A DNA stretch of 64,000 bases from Eledone cirrhosa (GCA_964016885.1 OZ024741.1:324260001-324324000); one strand, 5' to 3'. Numbered from the stretch's first letter, positions 13,137 to 27,009 are shown. Translations and numbers: made by a program. The notes: generated by a model not told the origin, from the sequence alone.

Positions 13137-15392
13137 AGAAACTCAGGGCTATGCAAAATACCTGGTGGAGCAACAAAGCAGATGAGGTTCAAGCGGCATC
13201 TGATGCCAACAATGTGAAACTACTGCACTCTCTACTCAGAGAAGTGTATGGCCCTTTCAGCTCACCAGTGGAACCTTTGAGATCAAAATACGGCAAACAG
13301 CTACTGTGCGATTCATACTCGACAGATGGAAAGATCACTTTGATGAGCTCTTGCACCAGCCATCCCAGATTGATGATGATTTCATTTGCTCCTTTCCTAT
13401 TGAACCAGTGAAGCATGAGATAGCTGATGTACCTCCCCTTGCAGAAGCGACTTCTGCTGTGCATAAGCTGAATTGTGGTAAGTCTCCTAGTATGGATGAT
13501 CTGAGTGCAGATGTTTTGAAGTGCGGTGGTGAAAACTTCCCGCGGCGCCTGACTGACCTCATGGAAAAGATGTGGGAAGATGAGAGTGTCCTACAAGATT
13601 GGAAGGATGCGCTCAATGTGATTCTCCACAAAGGAAAGGGTGGGAAAGACAAATGTGGCAATTATCGTGGCATATCACTTCTTTCAGTAATTTGTAAAGT
13701 CATGTGTCGAATTTTGATGGATAGATTGATCTCAACGGCTGCTTTCAATGTGTTTCCTGAGTCGCAGTGTGGGTTCAGAAACGAAAGAGGAACAGTGCAT
13801 ATCTTTTCTGCTCGTCAGCTACAAGAGAAGTATATCGAATAATGTATGGACTTTTACCAGGTCTTTGTTGTTGACTAGACAATGGCCTTTGACACCATCA
13901 ATAGAACTGCGTTGTGGAAGGGTTTGGAAAAACTTGGCTTCCCTCTAAATTTTTGAAAATTCTGCATCGTTTTCATGATGACCTAAAGGCTTGGGTCAGT
14001 ATTGGTGGTAGCATCTTTGAACCAATGTCAGTTGAAAATGGAGTGAAACAGGGGGACATTGCGGCTCTAAATTTGCCTGACAGTGTTTCTTATGGCATTC
14101 AGGAATAATTGTTTGCATGGACTTTACATCAAGTATCGCATTTCAGGAATGTTGTTCAACTTCAGGCTTTTTGGGGCAAGTACGAAGGTATTAACATCTA
14201 TAATCTGAGAGTTTTTGTATGCAGATGACTGCGATCTTTTTGCACACTCACAAAGTGACCTGCAGCATACTATGTGCCCTTTTTCTGAAGCTTGCCGCGC
14301 TCTGGGCCTCACAGTAAGGTTGGAAAAGACCGTTGTGATGTTCCAGCCAGCACCTGGGCAAGAATACTCTACAAGTGTGTACGTGTATGGAAAGAGGCTA
14401 AAAGTTGCTGATAAGTTTGTTTACCTTGGTAGTACGATGAACAATTTGTGAGATATCCTTAAAAATCAAGAAATCCAGGGATGCTTTTGGACGACTGCAT
14501 GAACGTTTATGCTCCAGACGAGGTATCACCATTAAAACCGAGGTAAAAGTTTATCTGATTTGCGTCATCTCCTCTTTGCTTGTGAAACGTGGCTCACATA
14601 CAAAAAGCACCTCAAGGAACTGGAACGGTTTCACCAACAATACTTGTGGTGCGATGGAAAATGTTCGCCAGCGATTTGGAAGTTCTCGAACGGAGCAGGT
14701 GCATGAGCATAGAGAGTATGATCTTTCGTCATCAGTTGAGGTGGTGCGGTCACGTGGTGCGGATGTCTGATGATCGTATTCCAAAGCAACTTCTCTATGG
14801 TGAACTGTGCGAAGGAAGCCGACTACCACACAAACCAAAGATGAGGTACCGGAACTGCGTCAGGGGCACCTTGGCTTGCGCTGGAATTTCATCTGACTAA
14901 TCTCATATAGTTGAGGAGCATATGAAGTGGAGACGTTTGATCAAATCAGGAAGTGATCACTTTGAAACTCGTCGAAGAGAACATCTGACACTGAAATGGA
15001 AGGTGGGGAAAAGGGACTGTTCTAAACTGTCTGCTGTTGAGCAACATCTGTTTTGCCAGCACTGTGGTCGAGTCTGCCTGAACAAAGCTGGTCTGATAAG
15101 ACATGAACAAAGTCATATCAGTAGACCTGATGTAGATTATGAACAGCATGATCTGAAAAGGGGTAGGGAATGTGGCAAGATATGTACAAGCATGGGAGGT
15201 CTTGAAAATGCACGGGAGACATTAAAATGCAGTCAGAACCAAGCAATAGAAAGTCCCAGAGGCGTCCACAGTTGCCATATATGTACCAGAGGGTGCATGT
15301 TTTGGGCTGGTTTGAAGAGCATCATTCGTGCCTCATATTTTTGATCATTTTATCGGGCGATGGCAATGCTCGAACGCGATTTTGCGGCCATT
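13137..15392 (+). mobile_element. 5'-truncated RTE-clade LINE, decayed
   Basis: CGNYRGISLLS, PESQCGFR, GVKQG, YADD, QLRWCGHVVRMSDDRIPKQLLYGEL and C-terminal C2H2-like motifs; TGTA-type repeats on both flanks. Confidence 0.9.
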
Positions 15393-15476
15393 ATGTATGT
15401 ATTATATACATATGTTTCTATGTTATTTATGTATGCATTCAGATATATGTCTATGTTCATAAGTATGTAAGTAAGC

Positions 15477-15522
<46 letters not shown>

Positions 15523-15534
15523 ATGTGTGTGTGT

Positions 15535-15607
<73 letters not shown>

Positions 15608-16878
15608 TGTATCATCCGTATAAATATATATATGTATATATATACAACCCACCCAGAAATGACTCAACATGTTCAAGAGGAGACTATATCAAACTTTATA
15701 TGAAATTTTAACTCCAGTGTTGGTTTAAAATAATTGTTATCAGTCTTCTGTAAAATTAAAAAACAGAACCTGTAAAATCGATAGTGAAAATCAATTTTTT
15801 GCACAGTTCGATATAACAGAATTCGTATTTTCTCCATAGTTGGTTATTAGGATTACTTTTGAATGCCGGAAAAAAAAAATTATGGCGTATGGTCTAGTGG
15901 TTATGTTTTCGAACTCATAATCATTAGTCCTTGGTTCAATTTCCCATACTGTGTGACGTGTTGTGTCTTCATACAAGGTACTTCATTTCACGCTGTAACA
16001 GGTCGCTCGGCTTAAAAGGAATTTAACGCCCATGAAAATGGAATAGGTTCTGTGATACATCCAGCCCATGCAAGCATGATTAAATGGATGTCAAATGATA
16101 GCCGTCATAAAAATACACGTAGATAATTTGAGAAGTCCAAAATCCATATAAGCAAGCTTATGATCTGTCCAATATGGCAACCAAATCTCCATCCGATCAT
16201 ACACTTCCATCTTCAATAGATAGAAGAAAATAGTTGCCTGTTGATGACGGGGTCTCCACCGATTACAACGGTGAGCATTCAGTTGTTAGATCAACTGAAC
16301 AGCCAACATGAGAATTAAAGTAGTGTTTGGATATTCTACCGACAGGTATATCATTTTCGTAACGCTCTTGTCGAACCATCAAGACAAAAGATGTATCAAA
16401 GGAGGATCGTTGATCTCCCATCGACTGCAGGTATGTATAAAAATAAATAAGTAAACAAATAAACTAGTAAACAGAATATAATATGTATATACAGAAATGT
16501 TAATTATATATATATAAATATATCAGTAAGATGAATAATTATATATGTATATATATATAAATATATCAGTGTGCTATAAGAAAATTGTATTTTATTGTAT
16601 TATTTTATGTATTTGCATTTCTTATACGTATGTCCAGTTTTGGTCCCAAAGTTCAATAGAATCAATGAGTAACACCATTGAATGCTAACACCATTGATCG
16701 ATATCGATCAATTGGGAATTCTAGCTCTATGCCTTTTACATTAGACTTACTTGCTAAATCAGCCAACATTATTTTCTTCGAATGCATGATAATTATTTTT
16801 TATTTACTATCAAGATTATCCCCATTAAAACCCTTTACATTTCTATTCTGTATTAACTATCTCGGTACTTTCCTATAG

Positions 16879-17013
16879 GTTGTCTACTTCACATCGTTGT
16901 TTCCCTACGTCATACTCACAGCACTTATCATCAACGGAGCCAGTCTGAACGGTGCCGTAGATGGTATGATGTTCTATTTGAAACCAAATCCACAAAAACT
17001 TTTGGATATTCAT
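16879..17013 (+). CDS. SLC6/NSS transporter exon (TM5, EL3)
   Basis: ctatAG|GTT GTC TAC ... ATT CAT|GTAAGT; VVYFTSLFPYVILTALIINGASLNGAVDGMMFYLKPNPQKLLDIH; 135 nt, phase 0/0. Confidence 0.96.
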
Positions 17014-17035
17014 GTAAGTATCCTGACGTATATGT

Positions 17036-17104
<69 letters not shown>

Positions 17105-17184
17105 GTAAATAGAAATAACATCACAATCGGTACAGTATATGGAAGGGATATATTAGGTTAACGCTTGATATAGTAGGAAGAGGG

Positions 17185-17220
17185 TCTTAACGTTTCGGAC
17201 GCTAGTCTTTCATCAGAAGA
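17185..17220 (-). ncRNA. Minimal type-I hammerhead-like motif
   Basis: tctt CTGATGA aa GAC tagc GTC c GAAA CG TT aaga; 4-bp stem I; stem III only possible as a dimer through the ACGT palindrome; inside a short (TA)n-flanked insert ~17100-17312. Confidence 0.55.
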
Positions 17221-17311
17221 AAGAATGAGAAATAAGATATATTGAGAGGACGGGCGGGATGGTATTTGAAAAAAAATGTCTTTAGATAAAAATAAGAGGT
17301 CCATTCCTGTT

Positions 17312-17342
<31 letters not shown>

Positions 17343-17482
17343 GAATCTGTTCATTGACAAATATTACACACCTGCACAAACGCACATATATATAAAAGTA
17401 TATACACACACAAACCAACTCGTACTCTGGACTACTCTGTCACCAGCTTTGTAAATAGCCTTCTGATTTTTCCTTGCGCTAC

Positions 17483-17537
<55 letters not shown>

Positions 17538-17632
17538 CACACACGCACACACACACACACACATGCACACACACATGCACACACACACATACACATACGT
17601 ATACGCGCACGCACACGCGCACACACACATAC

Positions 17633-17663
<31 letters not shown>

Positions 17664-17974
17664 TATATATATGCAGAAACCCAGCAGCTATAAGGAATTA
17701 GTCACTTGCGATGGAAGTACAAAGAAAGGACAAGTGATACATGCATGAGTCCTTCGACTGAAGTGACATGACAAAGTATATACCGACGGGCACATGACAA
17801 CAAAGAGTGTCGTCTACTGAAACAAAATGAAATGAAAATCAGGATGAAACACTGTTGGGCAAATAAATATGCCTGTAGGGAAATCAGAAAGGAAAAGAAA
17901 CTCTTTGAACTGAAAGCAAAGCAGAAACAGTGAAGAGAGAGATGCGAAGGCGAGGAACTATCGTGTAGTTAGTC

Positions 17975-18082
17975 CAATGAAAGGCTGAAAGGCAAAGTTA
18001 ACCTCGACGGGATTTGAACTCAGAATGGCAAGGGCCGTCTAAGCATGGTGTCCGACCCTCTACCGATACTGCCAATCCGCAT
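17975..18082 (-). mobile_element. tRNA-derived SINE, partial
   Basis: Reverse complement has gcggattggcagtatcggtagagggtcggac...ctgagttcaaatccc (A and B boxes), as in 32346-32532. Confidence 0.8.
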
Positions 18083-18918
18083 AACATACGTTAGATAGCA
18101 GGACAAATCAGTGTATTGATGGTATTAGATAGCAAGTGAAAATAAGTATACAGGTGGACTCAGAGAAAGTTGTATTAAACAGCTGTAAAATCTGGCAGAG
18201 TTAATTATTACAGTTGTTTGCAGCCATACAATTAGTAGACGCTAATATAGTACTTATGTAGATAAACTTAATATCGAAATACTAAGCAAACATCAAGTTC
18301 TGGAAAATCAAACTTTCCAGTTGTTGTCTTCCTGTTTCTTCTACAACGGTACGCGATGGGGCCCACCCACAGCCCCGGCGGACAGAATGGAGAAGTCGTT
18401 GGCAGGCAAACCTAGCCACAACACCGAAACAATGAAAAAACTTTCAGGTTAAATAACAAACCTGGACCGTCTTCGTGCTTCCGATAGGTTTCTATGAATC
18501 CCAAATCAACAATCCTACTTGCGCATGTATGCAAAAGAGAACTTCCGCTCAGAGAAATCATAGAAGAGTTCTGAAGAGTTCTGATGAATTGTAATAAATA
18601 GTTAAGTATTGTATATGATTGAACAGTATATATTGTTGTCAGCATATGTAAACAATTTTTAATAGACTCAGAAACATATGTCAAAGCAAATAAATTTATA
18701 ATCTCTTCACGCCGACGATTTATTTTCCTTGGTGCAATACTTTCTTATATATACATACATACATACATATATATATATATAGGACGGACAGATGCAGCTC
18801 TGGATGACACGATTTCTGAGTAGACGGGGTTGAACTTTGCCACAACCCAAGTACTCGCACATGACCGCCCCAACAAGCCCTAAAAGAGCAAAGGGACCAT
18901 ATAATAATTTATATTATG

Positions 18919-18949
<31 letters not shown>

Positions 18950-18983
18950 TTACAATAATCAAAGTTCAGTTTAAATCATTAAT

Positions 18984-19032
18984 TTGCTTACAATTGTTTC
19001 CTCCAAACCGAAGTTTGGATTCTTCGGAGCAA
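18984..19032 (-). ncRNA. Type-I hammerhead ribozyme (CCGAAGA core variant)
   Basis: ttgct CCGAAGA a TCCAAAC ttcg GTTTGGA g GAAA C aatt G TA agcaa; C(UUCG)G tetraloop; palindromic stem III ACAATTGT; GUA triplet. Confidence 0.75.
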
Positions 19033-19191
19033 CTATTTAGTGTTCTATAACATACTTGACCTAATCTATAACATACTTGACTCTAATCCTGTATAAATAA
19101 GACACGCGTGCATGCTACACGTGAGATTGTTTCATACACTGAATACTCTAAACTTTCCTCTTGCTTTATCTTCATAAACTGCCAATGTTTC

Positions 19192-19509
19192 ATTTTTATT
19201 TTTATTTTTATTTTTATTTTTATTTTTATTTTTATTTTTATTTTTATTTTTATTTTTATTTTTATTTTTATTTTTATTTTTATTTTTATTTTTATTTTTA
19301 TTTTTATTTTTATTTTTATTTTTATTTTTATTTTTATTTTTATTTTTATTTATTTTTATTTTTATTTTTATTTTTATTTTTATTTTTATTTTTATTTTTA
19401 TTTTTATTTTTATTTTTATTTTTATTTTTATTTTTATTTTTATTTTTATTTTTATTTTTATTTTTATTTTTATCTTTATTTTTATTTTTATTTTTATTTT
19501 TATTTTTAT
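19192..19509. repeat. (TTTTTA)n hexanucleotide array
   Basis: Direct reading, ~320 nt, with two small interruptions. Confidence 0.98.
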
Positions 19510-19645
19510 CCTTTAACCTTTATATGTAAATTGCCATGCTATATCATTATGATGGATGTCATCCCACTGTGGGTCAATATATGCATATGTTTTTATGTCT
19601 CGTGTGTTCAAAAGGAGGTCAAGTATGTTATAGATCACTAAATAG

Positions 19646-19694
19646 TTGCTCCGAAGAATCCAAACCTCGGTTTGGAGGAAACAATTGTAAGCAA
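19646..19694 (+). ncRNA. Type-I hammerhead ribozyme (CCGAAGA core variant), sense to host gene
   Basis: ttgct CCGAAGA a TCCAAAC ctcg GTTTGGA g GAAA C aatt G TA agcaa; predicted cut after 19689. Confidence 0.75.
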
Positions 19695-19891
19695 ATTAAT
19701 GATTTAAACTGAACTTTGATTATTGTAATCTCTATATAACTGCTCTGTAAAACAACCGATGTTATTACATTGAGCTATTTATCTTACTGGTAATAAGATA
19801 GTAATGAATGACTATCTTTCACTATTTGGGGTTTGTATAAAAAATATATATAAGGTTTTATTATATACATAACCATAAATAGTATCCTTAA

Positions 19892-19932
<41 letters not shown>

Positions 19933-20364
19933 TTAATAAATATGGTGGGTCCGTCAATTCCTTATTATTATATAATATGAATATATAAATATATGGTATA
20001 TATTTCGTATGTATATTTATTTACGCATATGTATAATCATATAGTATACACAACAAACATAGGTACATAAATACATGCATGTGTGTGTAATTTGCTTGCA
20101 AGTTCATAATATCCTATATAAACTTACATATACGAATGTCAAATGTTTGTTGTAAACAATAAGTAATCATATTTACAATAATATTATTTACATCACACCT
20201 GCTTTCATCAACATACACAATCACCCTATATACCACTAGCCTTATCATCATCACCACCAGCATCATTACCACCAACAACTTTCTTTTTATTTGTTTATAA
20301 TAATAATACTAATACTAATACTAATACTACGAATAAATAATGTTGTGTCTCCTGCTATCATTAG

Positions 20365-20468
20365 GTATGGAAAGACGCGGTCGTCCAAATCTTCTTCTCT
20401 CTGTGTACGTGTACAGGAGGCCTAGTTGCTATGTCGAGTTACAACAAATTCTATAATAACAGTCTCAG
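20365..20468 (+). CDS. SLC6/NSS transporter exon (TM6)
   Basis: attAG|GTA TGG AAA GAC ... AGT CTC AG|GTATTG; [34 protein letters not shown](R); 104 nt. Absent from the ORF track; read directly from the sequence. Confidence 0.95.
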
Positions 20469-20625
20469 GTATTGATTTTTTTCTTTGCTTCTCTTCCGCC
20501 ATTCCTTCTTACATCACCACTAATATAGCAATAGGGGAGTAACTGGTCGTTAATGCCAGCTGACATTACTGAAGCGCGAAATCTTATTTCTGCGCTTCAA
20601 TCGCGTATTAATGTATAGTGACAGA

Positions 20626-20733
<108 letters not shown>

Positions 20734-20750
20734 ATATATATATATATAAT

Positions 20751-20888
<138 letters not shown>

Positions 20889-20964
20889 TAAAAGATATAT
20901 GTAAAAGATATATGTATTTTTAGAGAGGGAAAGCACCATATGTCGTAGAGTAAACGCATAGTTC

Positions 20965-21220
20965 GGAGAGGAATAGTACTCAAGATGGAATCATTAGAGA
21001 CCTTATAGCGCCATTTCGTATTCCGTAGACAGTAATTTAAAATCAATCTATGCTGTAGACTACACTTCTGATGAGTATTCTGAGTCTCCCGTAGTTTAAT
21101 TATAATCTATAGTTTGTGATCGATAACCAGATCCATAGAGTTATATTAAACTACAATCTACGGAATTCAAAATAGAGCTATAAGGTCTCTAATGATTCCA
21201 TTTTGAATTCATATTCCTCC
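20965..21220. mobile_element. Old inverted pLTR-like repeat with degenerate hammerhead
   Basis: ~85-nt diverged arms (20965-21052 and ~21134-21220). CTGATGA GTATTC at 21068; partner CGGAATAC GAAA is retained only in the left arm's minus strand. Confidence 0.55.
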
Positions 21221-21406
21221 TTGAAATATGTATTTAGTATATATACATTATACTGTGTTTTCTCTACGATATATGGTGCTTTCTCTCTATATATATTCAT
21301 ATATCTTTTACATATGATTTATTATTGCTCCAGATCAAGTCTATTGAGCTTGTTTATTGAGAAGCACTACATTCTTACATATTTCATATGTTACATTTGT
21401 TATATA

Positions 21407-21682
<276 letters not shown>

Positions 21683-21984
21683 CGTGTGTGCGTGTGTGTG
21701 TGTGTATGCATGTATGTATATGTTATATGTATACATAAATAAAGCGATTGGTTGATGAAAGAAGTACTGGGGAAAATGTGAAATTGTAAATATGTACGTT
21801 CCAATGCAGATCATTATGATAATTATCGATTATTATAAATATTAATTGGACAAATTGGATAAACTTAAGGGCCACTGTCCATTTGTTTGCCTCCATTGGT
21901 AGTTTACCATACTTTCGTAACTATCATTTACAGAGAAAAGACATATAAAATTTGATATATCAATATATATACATGTCTGTGTAA

Positions 21985-22026
<42 letters not shown>

Positions 22027-22167
22027 GAGTTAAACAAGATTCAATGAGTACATCAAATAATGAGTTTTACAGTAGATTGGAAGCACTCTACAGGAAAATA
22101 ATTTTCCAGAGTTATTAATATTAAAAAAAAATATTAATAAAATAGATGTTCTTTTGATCAATTCAAT

Positions 22168-22216
22168 TTTATTATACATATTTCAGAGGTACAACAGTAC
22201 GTCCTCATCAGACAAA
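22168..22216 (-). ncRNA. Type-I hammerhead-like motif in a short inverted repeat (~22130-22330)
   Basis: tttgt CTGATGA GGAcGTAC tgtt GTACcTCT GAAA TATGTA TA ataaa; 5-bp stem I with one G-U; 8-bp stem II with one mismatch; AUA triplet. Confidence 0.6.
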
Positions 22217-22518
22217 ATATAATGATACATGACATAGCCTGAGATGTTAAATGGTTAAGATTTAATCAAGGTAGTACCTTGTATAATAACATTTAATTGA
22301 TCAAAAGAACATCTATTTGATCAATATTTGTATCTTAATATATATATATATATATATGTGTGTATGCGCGCGTATGTGTGTGTGTATGTGTATGTACATC
22401 CAAACATGAACCAAGACTCATATGTTTCTCTGTAATACAGAATAATTCCATCAGCGTATTTCAGTACGAGGTTTCATACACACACATATCATATATATGT
22501 AAATATATATATATATAC

Positions 22519-22632
<114 letters not shown>

Positions 22633-22655
22633 TTATACATATACATGTGTAATTA

Positions 22656-22722
<67 letters not shown>

Positions 22723-23104
22723 CTCTACGTATTTATTACTACACCTCAAATTGTGCACCTGAGTTAACGTTAATGGTTTTTCGCCCAGGGATAACAATAT
22801 ATAAGCAAATATCCCCTTCTAGCAATACTCTTAATTATAATATATGGGAAACCTATCTAGCTTATATTTGAAATTTAACTTAAAATCAAATCATTTATTG
22901 AAAGGAAAATATATTTAGTATTTGTAGTCTTGCACCACACACACACATACATACACACACACATATATACACACATACACACACATATATATATATACAC
23001 AAACACTTATTTATATACACACATACACACATACACACATACACACATACACACACATATATATATATATATATTTGAGTGTCTGTGTTATTATTATAAG
23101 GCAA

Positions 23105-23503
23105 GGGCGACGAATTGGCGGTATCAGTAAACCATCGAACAACATGCTTTGCAGCATAGGATTACGGGCCTTTACGTTCTGTGTTCAAATCCCTCCGTGA
23201 TTAGCTTTGCTTTCCATCCTTGCGGGTTCGATAAAATAAAATACCAATAACGAACTGAGGTCTATTTCATAAATTGTTGGCCTTATGCCTAAATCAGAAA
23301 CCATTATTATAGCGGTGGATTGGCAGTATTGGTAGAGGGTCGGACGCCATGCTTTACCGCAAAAAGTTAAGGCCCTTTATGGTCTGAGTTCAAATCCCGC
23401 CGAGATTAATTTTGCCTTTCATCTTTGTGGGGTCGATAAAATAAAGTACCAGTAATACACTGGGGTAATTTCTGGCGTTGTGCCAAAAGTAGAAACACTT
23501 ATT
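23105..23503 (+). mobile_element. Two tandem tRNA-derived SINEs
   Basis: Units ~23105-23308 and ~23311-23503, each with an A-box-like head, gttcaaatccc B-box, ctttgcctttcatc...gtcgataaaataaa core (Nin-domain-like) and ATT tail. Confidence 0.85.
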
Positions 23504-23784
23504 ATATGGAATATCGGCTTTATTTTGAAACATTTACTGTTTCGATATTTTTTTCTCATTTGCTGTTGAAACAGTTGAAGCTTAACTGTAGCGCAGAGAG
23601 TCCAAATAATGTTACCTAAGCCCTACTTTTCTTAAGGTCCGAGTACTAAGTTGAATAACATGGTTTTACTAATCTTAAATCGTAACATTTCATTCATATG
23701 TGTACTTATTCATATATATATAAATATACATATAAATATATATGGGTGTGTAAGTCCTAAATTAAACTTTTTGCTCCGACATAG

Positions 23785-23824
<40 letters not shown>

Positions 23825-23930
23825 TTTTCCGTAGTGTCGTAATATGAATATTACACACAGTAGATGGACAGCTCACGTAGAGTTTGCTCGACGGTTCCAG
23901 TTGTAGTTTCAAAAGTAATCCGGAGAAAAT

Positions 23931-25782
23931 AGAAGGATTTAAATGGATACAGTTCAGTTAAAAGGAATTTATTGAAACGTGTTTCAATAACAGTTACATA
24001 ACCTGAAAACAGCTGCTATCTACAAAGTATTAGTTATGCAGACATTCAATATTTCAATGTTATTATCAACCTTAAAAAACGATGAAATTAAGATTATATT
24101 AGAAGCTAGGAAAACTATAGTCAAATTTGAGAACAGTTATTGGGTTCGTAAAGATAGACCCTCTAACTTTGACATAACAACGGGCTCTACCGATTCGGCG
24201 GAAATAACTGATATTGTGGGGTTATTTATCGCCTTTAGACTCCAGGAAAAATTCAGTAATCTCCACGGTGGAATATACCGCGACGATGGTCTCCTCCTAG
24301 TTAAAAACGTAAATAACCAAAAACTAGAAAAACTACGCAAAGATATAAAAAAACTACTACTCGAAATAGGACTAACTATAACATATGAATACAACCTTAA
24401 AGTAGTTGACTTCCTGGATGTCACACTCAATTTAAACTCTGGTTTGATTAAACCGTTTCATAAATTGAATGAAAATCTCAAGTACGTAAATGTTGGGTCT
24501 AACCACCCCATCTCTATAATTAAATCTATCCCTAAAAATATTTCCCTTAGAATCTCGGGTCTATCTTCTAATATACAAGTATTTAAGGAACACGCCGAGT
24601 ACTACGATAACGCCCTTAGTAAAGCAGGCTACCTCAACAAAATAGAGTATATAGATGACAACAATCAAAACACCCAAAATAAATCCCACATAGGTAGATA
24701 TAATAACACAACACCAAACCACACTTACTACCATAGTATACACTCCAGTAAACCAACAAACAAAACTAATAGAAAGCGATGCAAAGAGTACTTATGGTAT
24801 AACCCTGAATACAATAGTTCCATTAGTACAAATTTACCAGTACTCTTCTTTAAAATAATTAAGAGACATTTTCCTACATCACACAAATACCACAAATCCT
24901 AAACCCTATAAGACTGTCATACTCTACAGCGTTAAACCTTGAACAACACATAAAAAAGATCAATACTAGAAGGTTAAACGAAAACACTAAAAACTTAAGT
25001 ACAAAGAACACAAAAAAAAACAGTAGACAATACACTACAGAACATAAATAAACCACACCTAAGTTCGTCCGGAATACTACTCCAGAGTAAACCCAACGTA
25101 CACAACTGTAACTGCACCTATCCTGACAACTGCCTGGAAAAAAATATCATTTATAAGTGTACCATTAAATCCGGAGGCAACGAATGGTATTACGTGGGAT
25201 CAACGACAACATCGTTTAAATCTCGATTATATAGGCATTCTTACTCAATAAAACACCAGAGCCAAAGAAATGTAACAACTTTAGCAGAAAAAGCTTGGAC
25301 GCTCAGGGATAGCGATCAAAAGTTTACCCTAAAATGGGAGAAATTAGCTAAAACCCAAAGCTTTTCCAAGAGAAAATTGTGTAATCTTGAGATTTATTAC
25401 ATAATCACACACAAGAAGAAATTGCTTAATAACAGAATTGAACGAACATTATTCTGCCGTCACCGAACTAAAACCCTTTTTCCCCACTACAAGCTAAATA
25501 TTACATAAAAGAGGGACATCCTCCCAACTATATAAACCTCAATCTAGTTAGAAAAATATAAAAACAATCTCTTCTCAACATATATATGTATATTAATAAC
25601 CTTAAATTACCACACTAATAATGGATAGATATACTGATGAGAATAGGTACGAATATGCTATAATGAATGTGTCTAAATCGACCACATGTATGTATATATA
25701 TGGAAAAATGTATATAAATAAGTAAATATATATATATGTTTGATGTGTATTGTTAGATGTATGTGTATTCATGTATTAAAGT

Positions 25783-25837
<55 letters not shown>

Positions 25838-26523
25838 GACAGGAGTATGTATGTATATATGTGTGTGTCTATACGTGTGTATATAAAGATAAGTTGAGTA
25901 TGAAAATGTATACACATGAATGCGTATGTATGTACATATATATATGTATATATATGTATATATATATATGTGCATGTATATATGTATGTAAGTATGAGCA
26001 TGTAAGTGTGTGTATATGAGTATATGTATTTTGTAGAGGTGTGCATATATGTTTGTGTGTGAATGCGTGGGCGAAAGGATACGTACACTTGAAAGAAAAA
26101 TTTAAGTCTGAATGTTAATTAAGTGCAAACACAAAACCAACCATGCATATCTTTACTATCTCTAATCCTTCTATAGATTTAGAAAAATAACCAACGCCAA
26201 ATAATATATTCTATAAAAATGTCAAAACAACAGATGGGAATCTAATTACTCGCTGCCACCAAAAATTCTCACTGCTATCAAAAAACCACTCCCTTAACTA
26301 TTCTTCTAACAACTTCACCCCTTCCCTCCTAATATTCTCTATAAAAACCATACAGGTTCTCAATAAAATTATTCTGATGATATGACAGTTGATAATAACA
26401 TTGAAATATTGAATGTCTGCATAACTAATACTTTGTAGATAGCAGCTGTTTTCAGGTTATGTAACTGTCATTGAAACACGTGTCAATAAATTCCTTTTAA
26501 CTGAACTGTATCCATTTAAATCC

Positions 26524-26530
<7 letters not shown>
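23931..26530 (+). mobile_element. Penelope-like element (Hydra-type), 5'-truncated, with inverted partial pLTR at 5' end
   Basis: 288-aa ORF with IYRDDG and DFLDVT; CNCTYPDNC linker; IIYKC...YYVG GIY-YIG. 23931-24070 is the reverse complement of ~26388-26530. 3' end abuts (TA)n. Confidence 0.9.
26369..26489 (+). ncRNA. Type-I hammerhead ribozyme with 72-nt stem II insert, in PLE pLTR
   Basis: ttatt CTGATGA t ATGACAGTT [72 nt] AACTGTCAT t GAAA C acgt G TC aataa; canonical core; palindromic stem III ACACGTGT; predicted cut after GUC at 26484. Confidence 0.82.
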
Positions 26531-26614
<84 letters not shown>

Positions 26615-27009
26615 TATATATATTTTGTATATCTAATGATATACAGTATGTTTACGAATATAAATTTGAAAGCCTTTCGCTATGAACTTTGAAAGCTGAT
26701 AATATATAGTTTCGATGCCTATGTAGATGAGCTGATTAGCCTCATTTGCATATAGAACTCTAGGTCAAAACTATATGAGTAAAACTGACTCATTTCAGTT
26801 AGTCTAAAATCGTGATTTTGGCTCATATATATATATATATGTGTGTGTGTGGGTGTGTGTGAAACGTTGCATAATTTTACGAACTTAAACCTACAGTCAG
26901 TAGGCATCACTTAACCCAATATACACACCACGCCATACCCCCTACTTCATCTTTCCATTTCCACCCAGACCACCCTCTCTATATAAAGTTATATTGGTAC
27001 CACAGAACA

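Larger units (their letters stand above)
18948..19732. mobile_element. Inverted pLTR-like pair with hammerheads, enclosing a (TTTTTA)n array
   Basis: ~18948-19062 is the near-perfect reverse complement of ~19616-19732. Confidence 0.8.

Noticed and set aside
18290-18750. 90-aa minus ORF in a non-microsatellite stretch
   Set aside because: No recognisable domain or splice signals; possibly a TE remnant but unassignable.
25629-25665. ata CTGATGA gaataggtac GAAT atgcta in the PLE 3' UTR
   Set aside because: GAAT rather than GAAA and no convincing stems; at best a dead relic.
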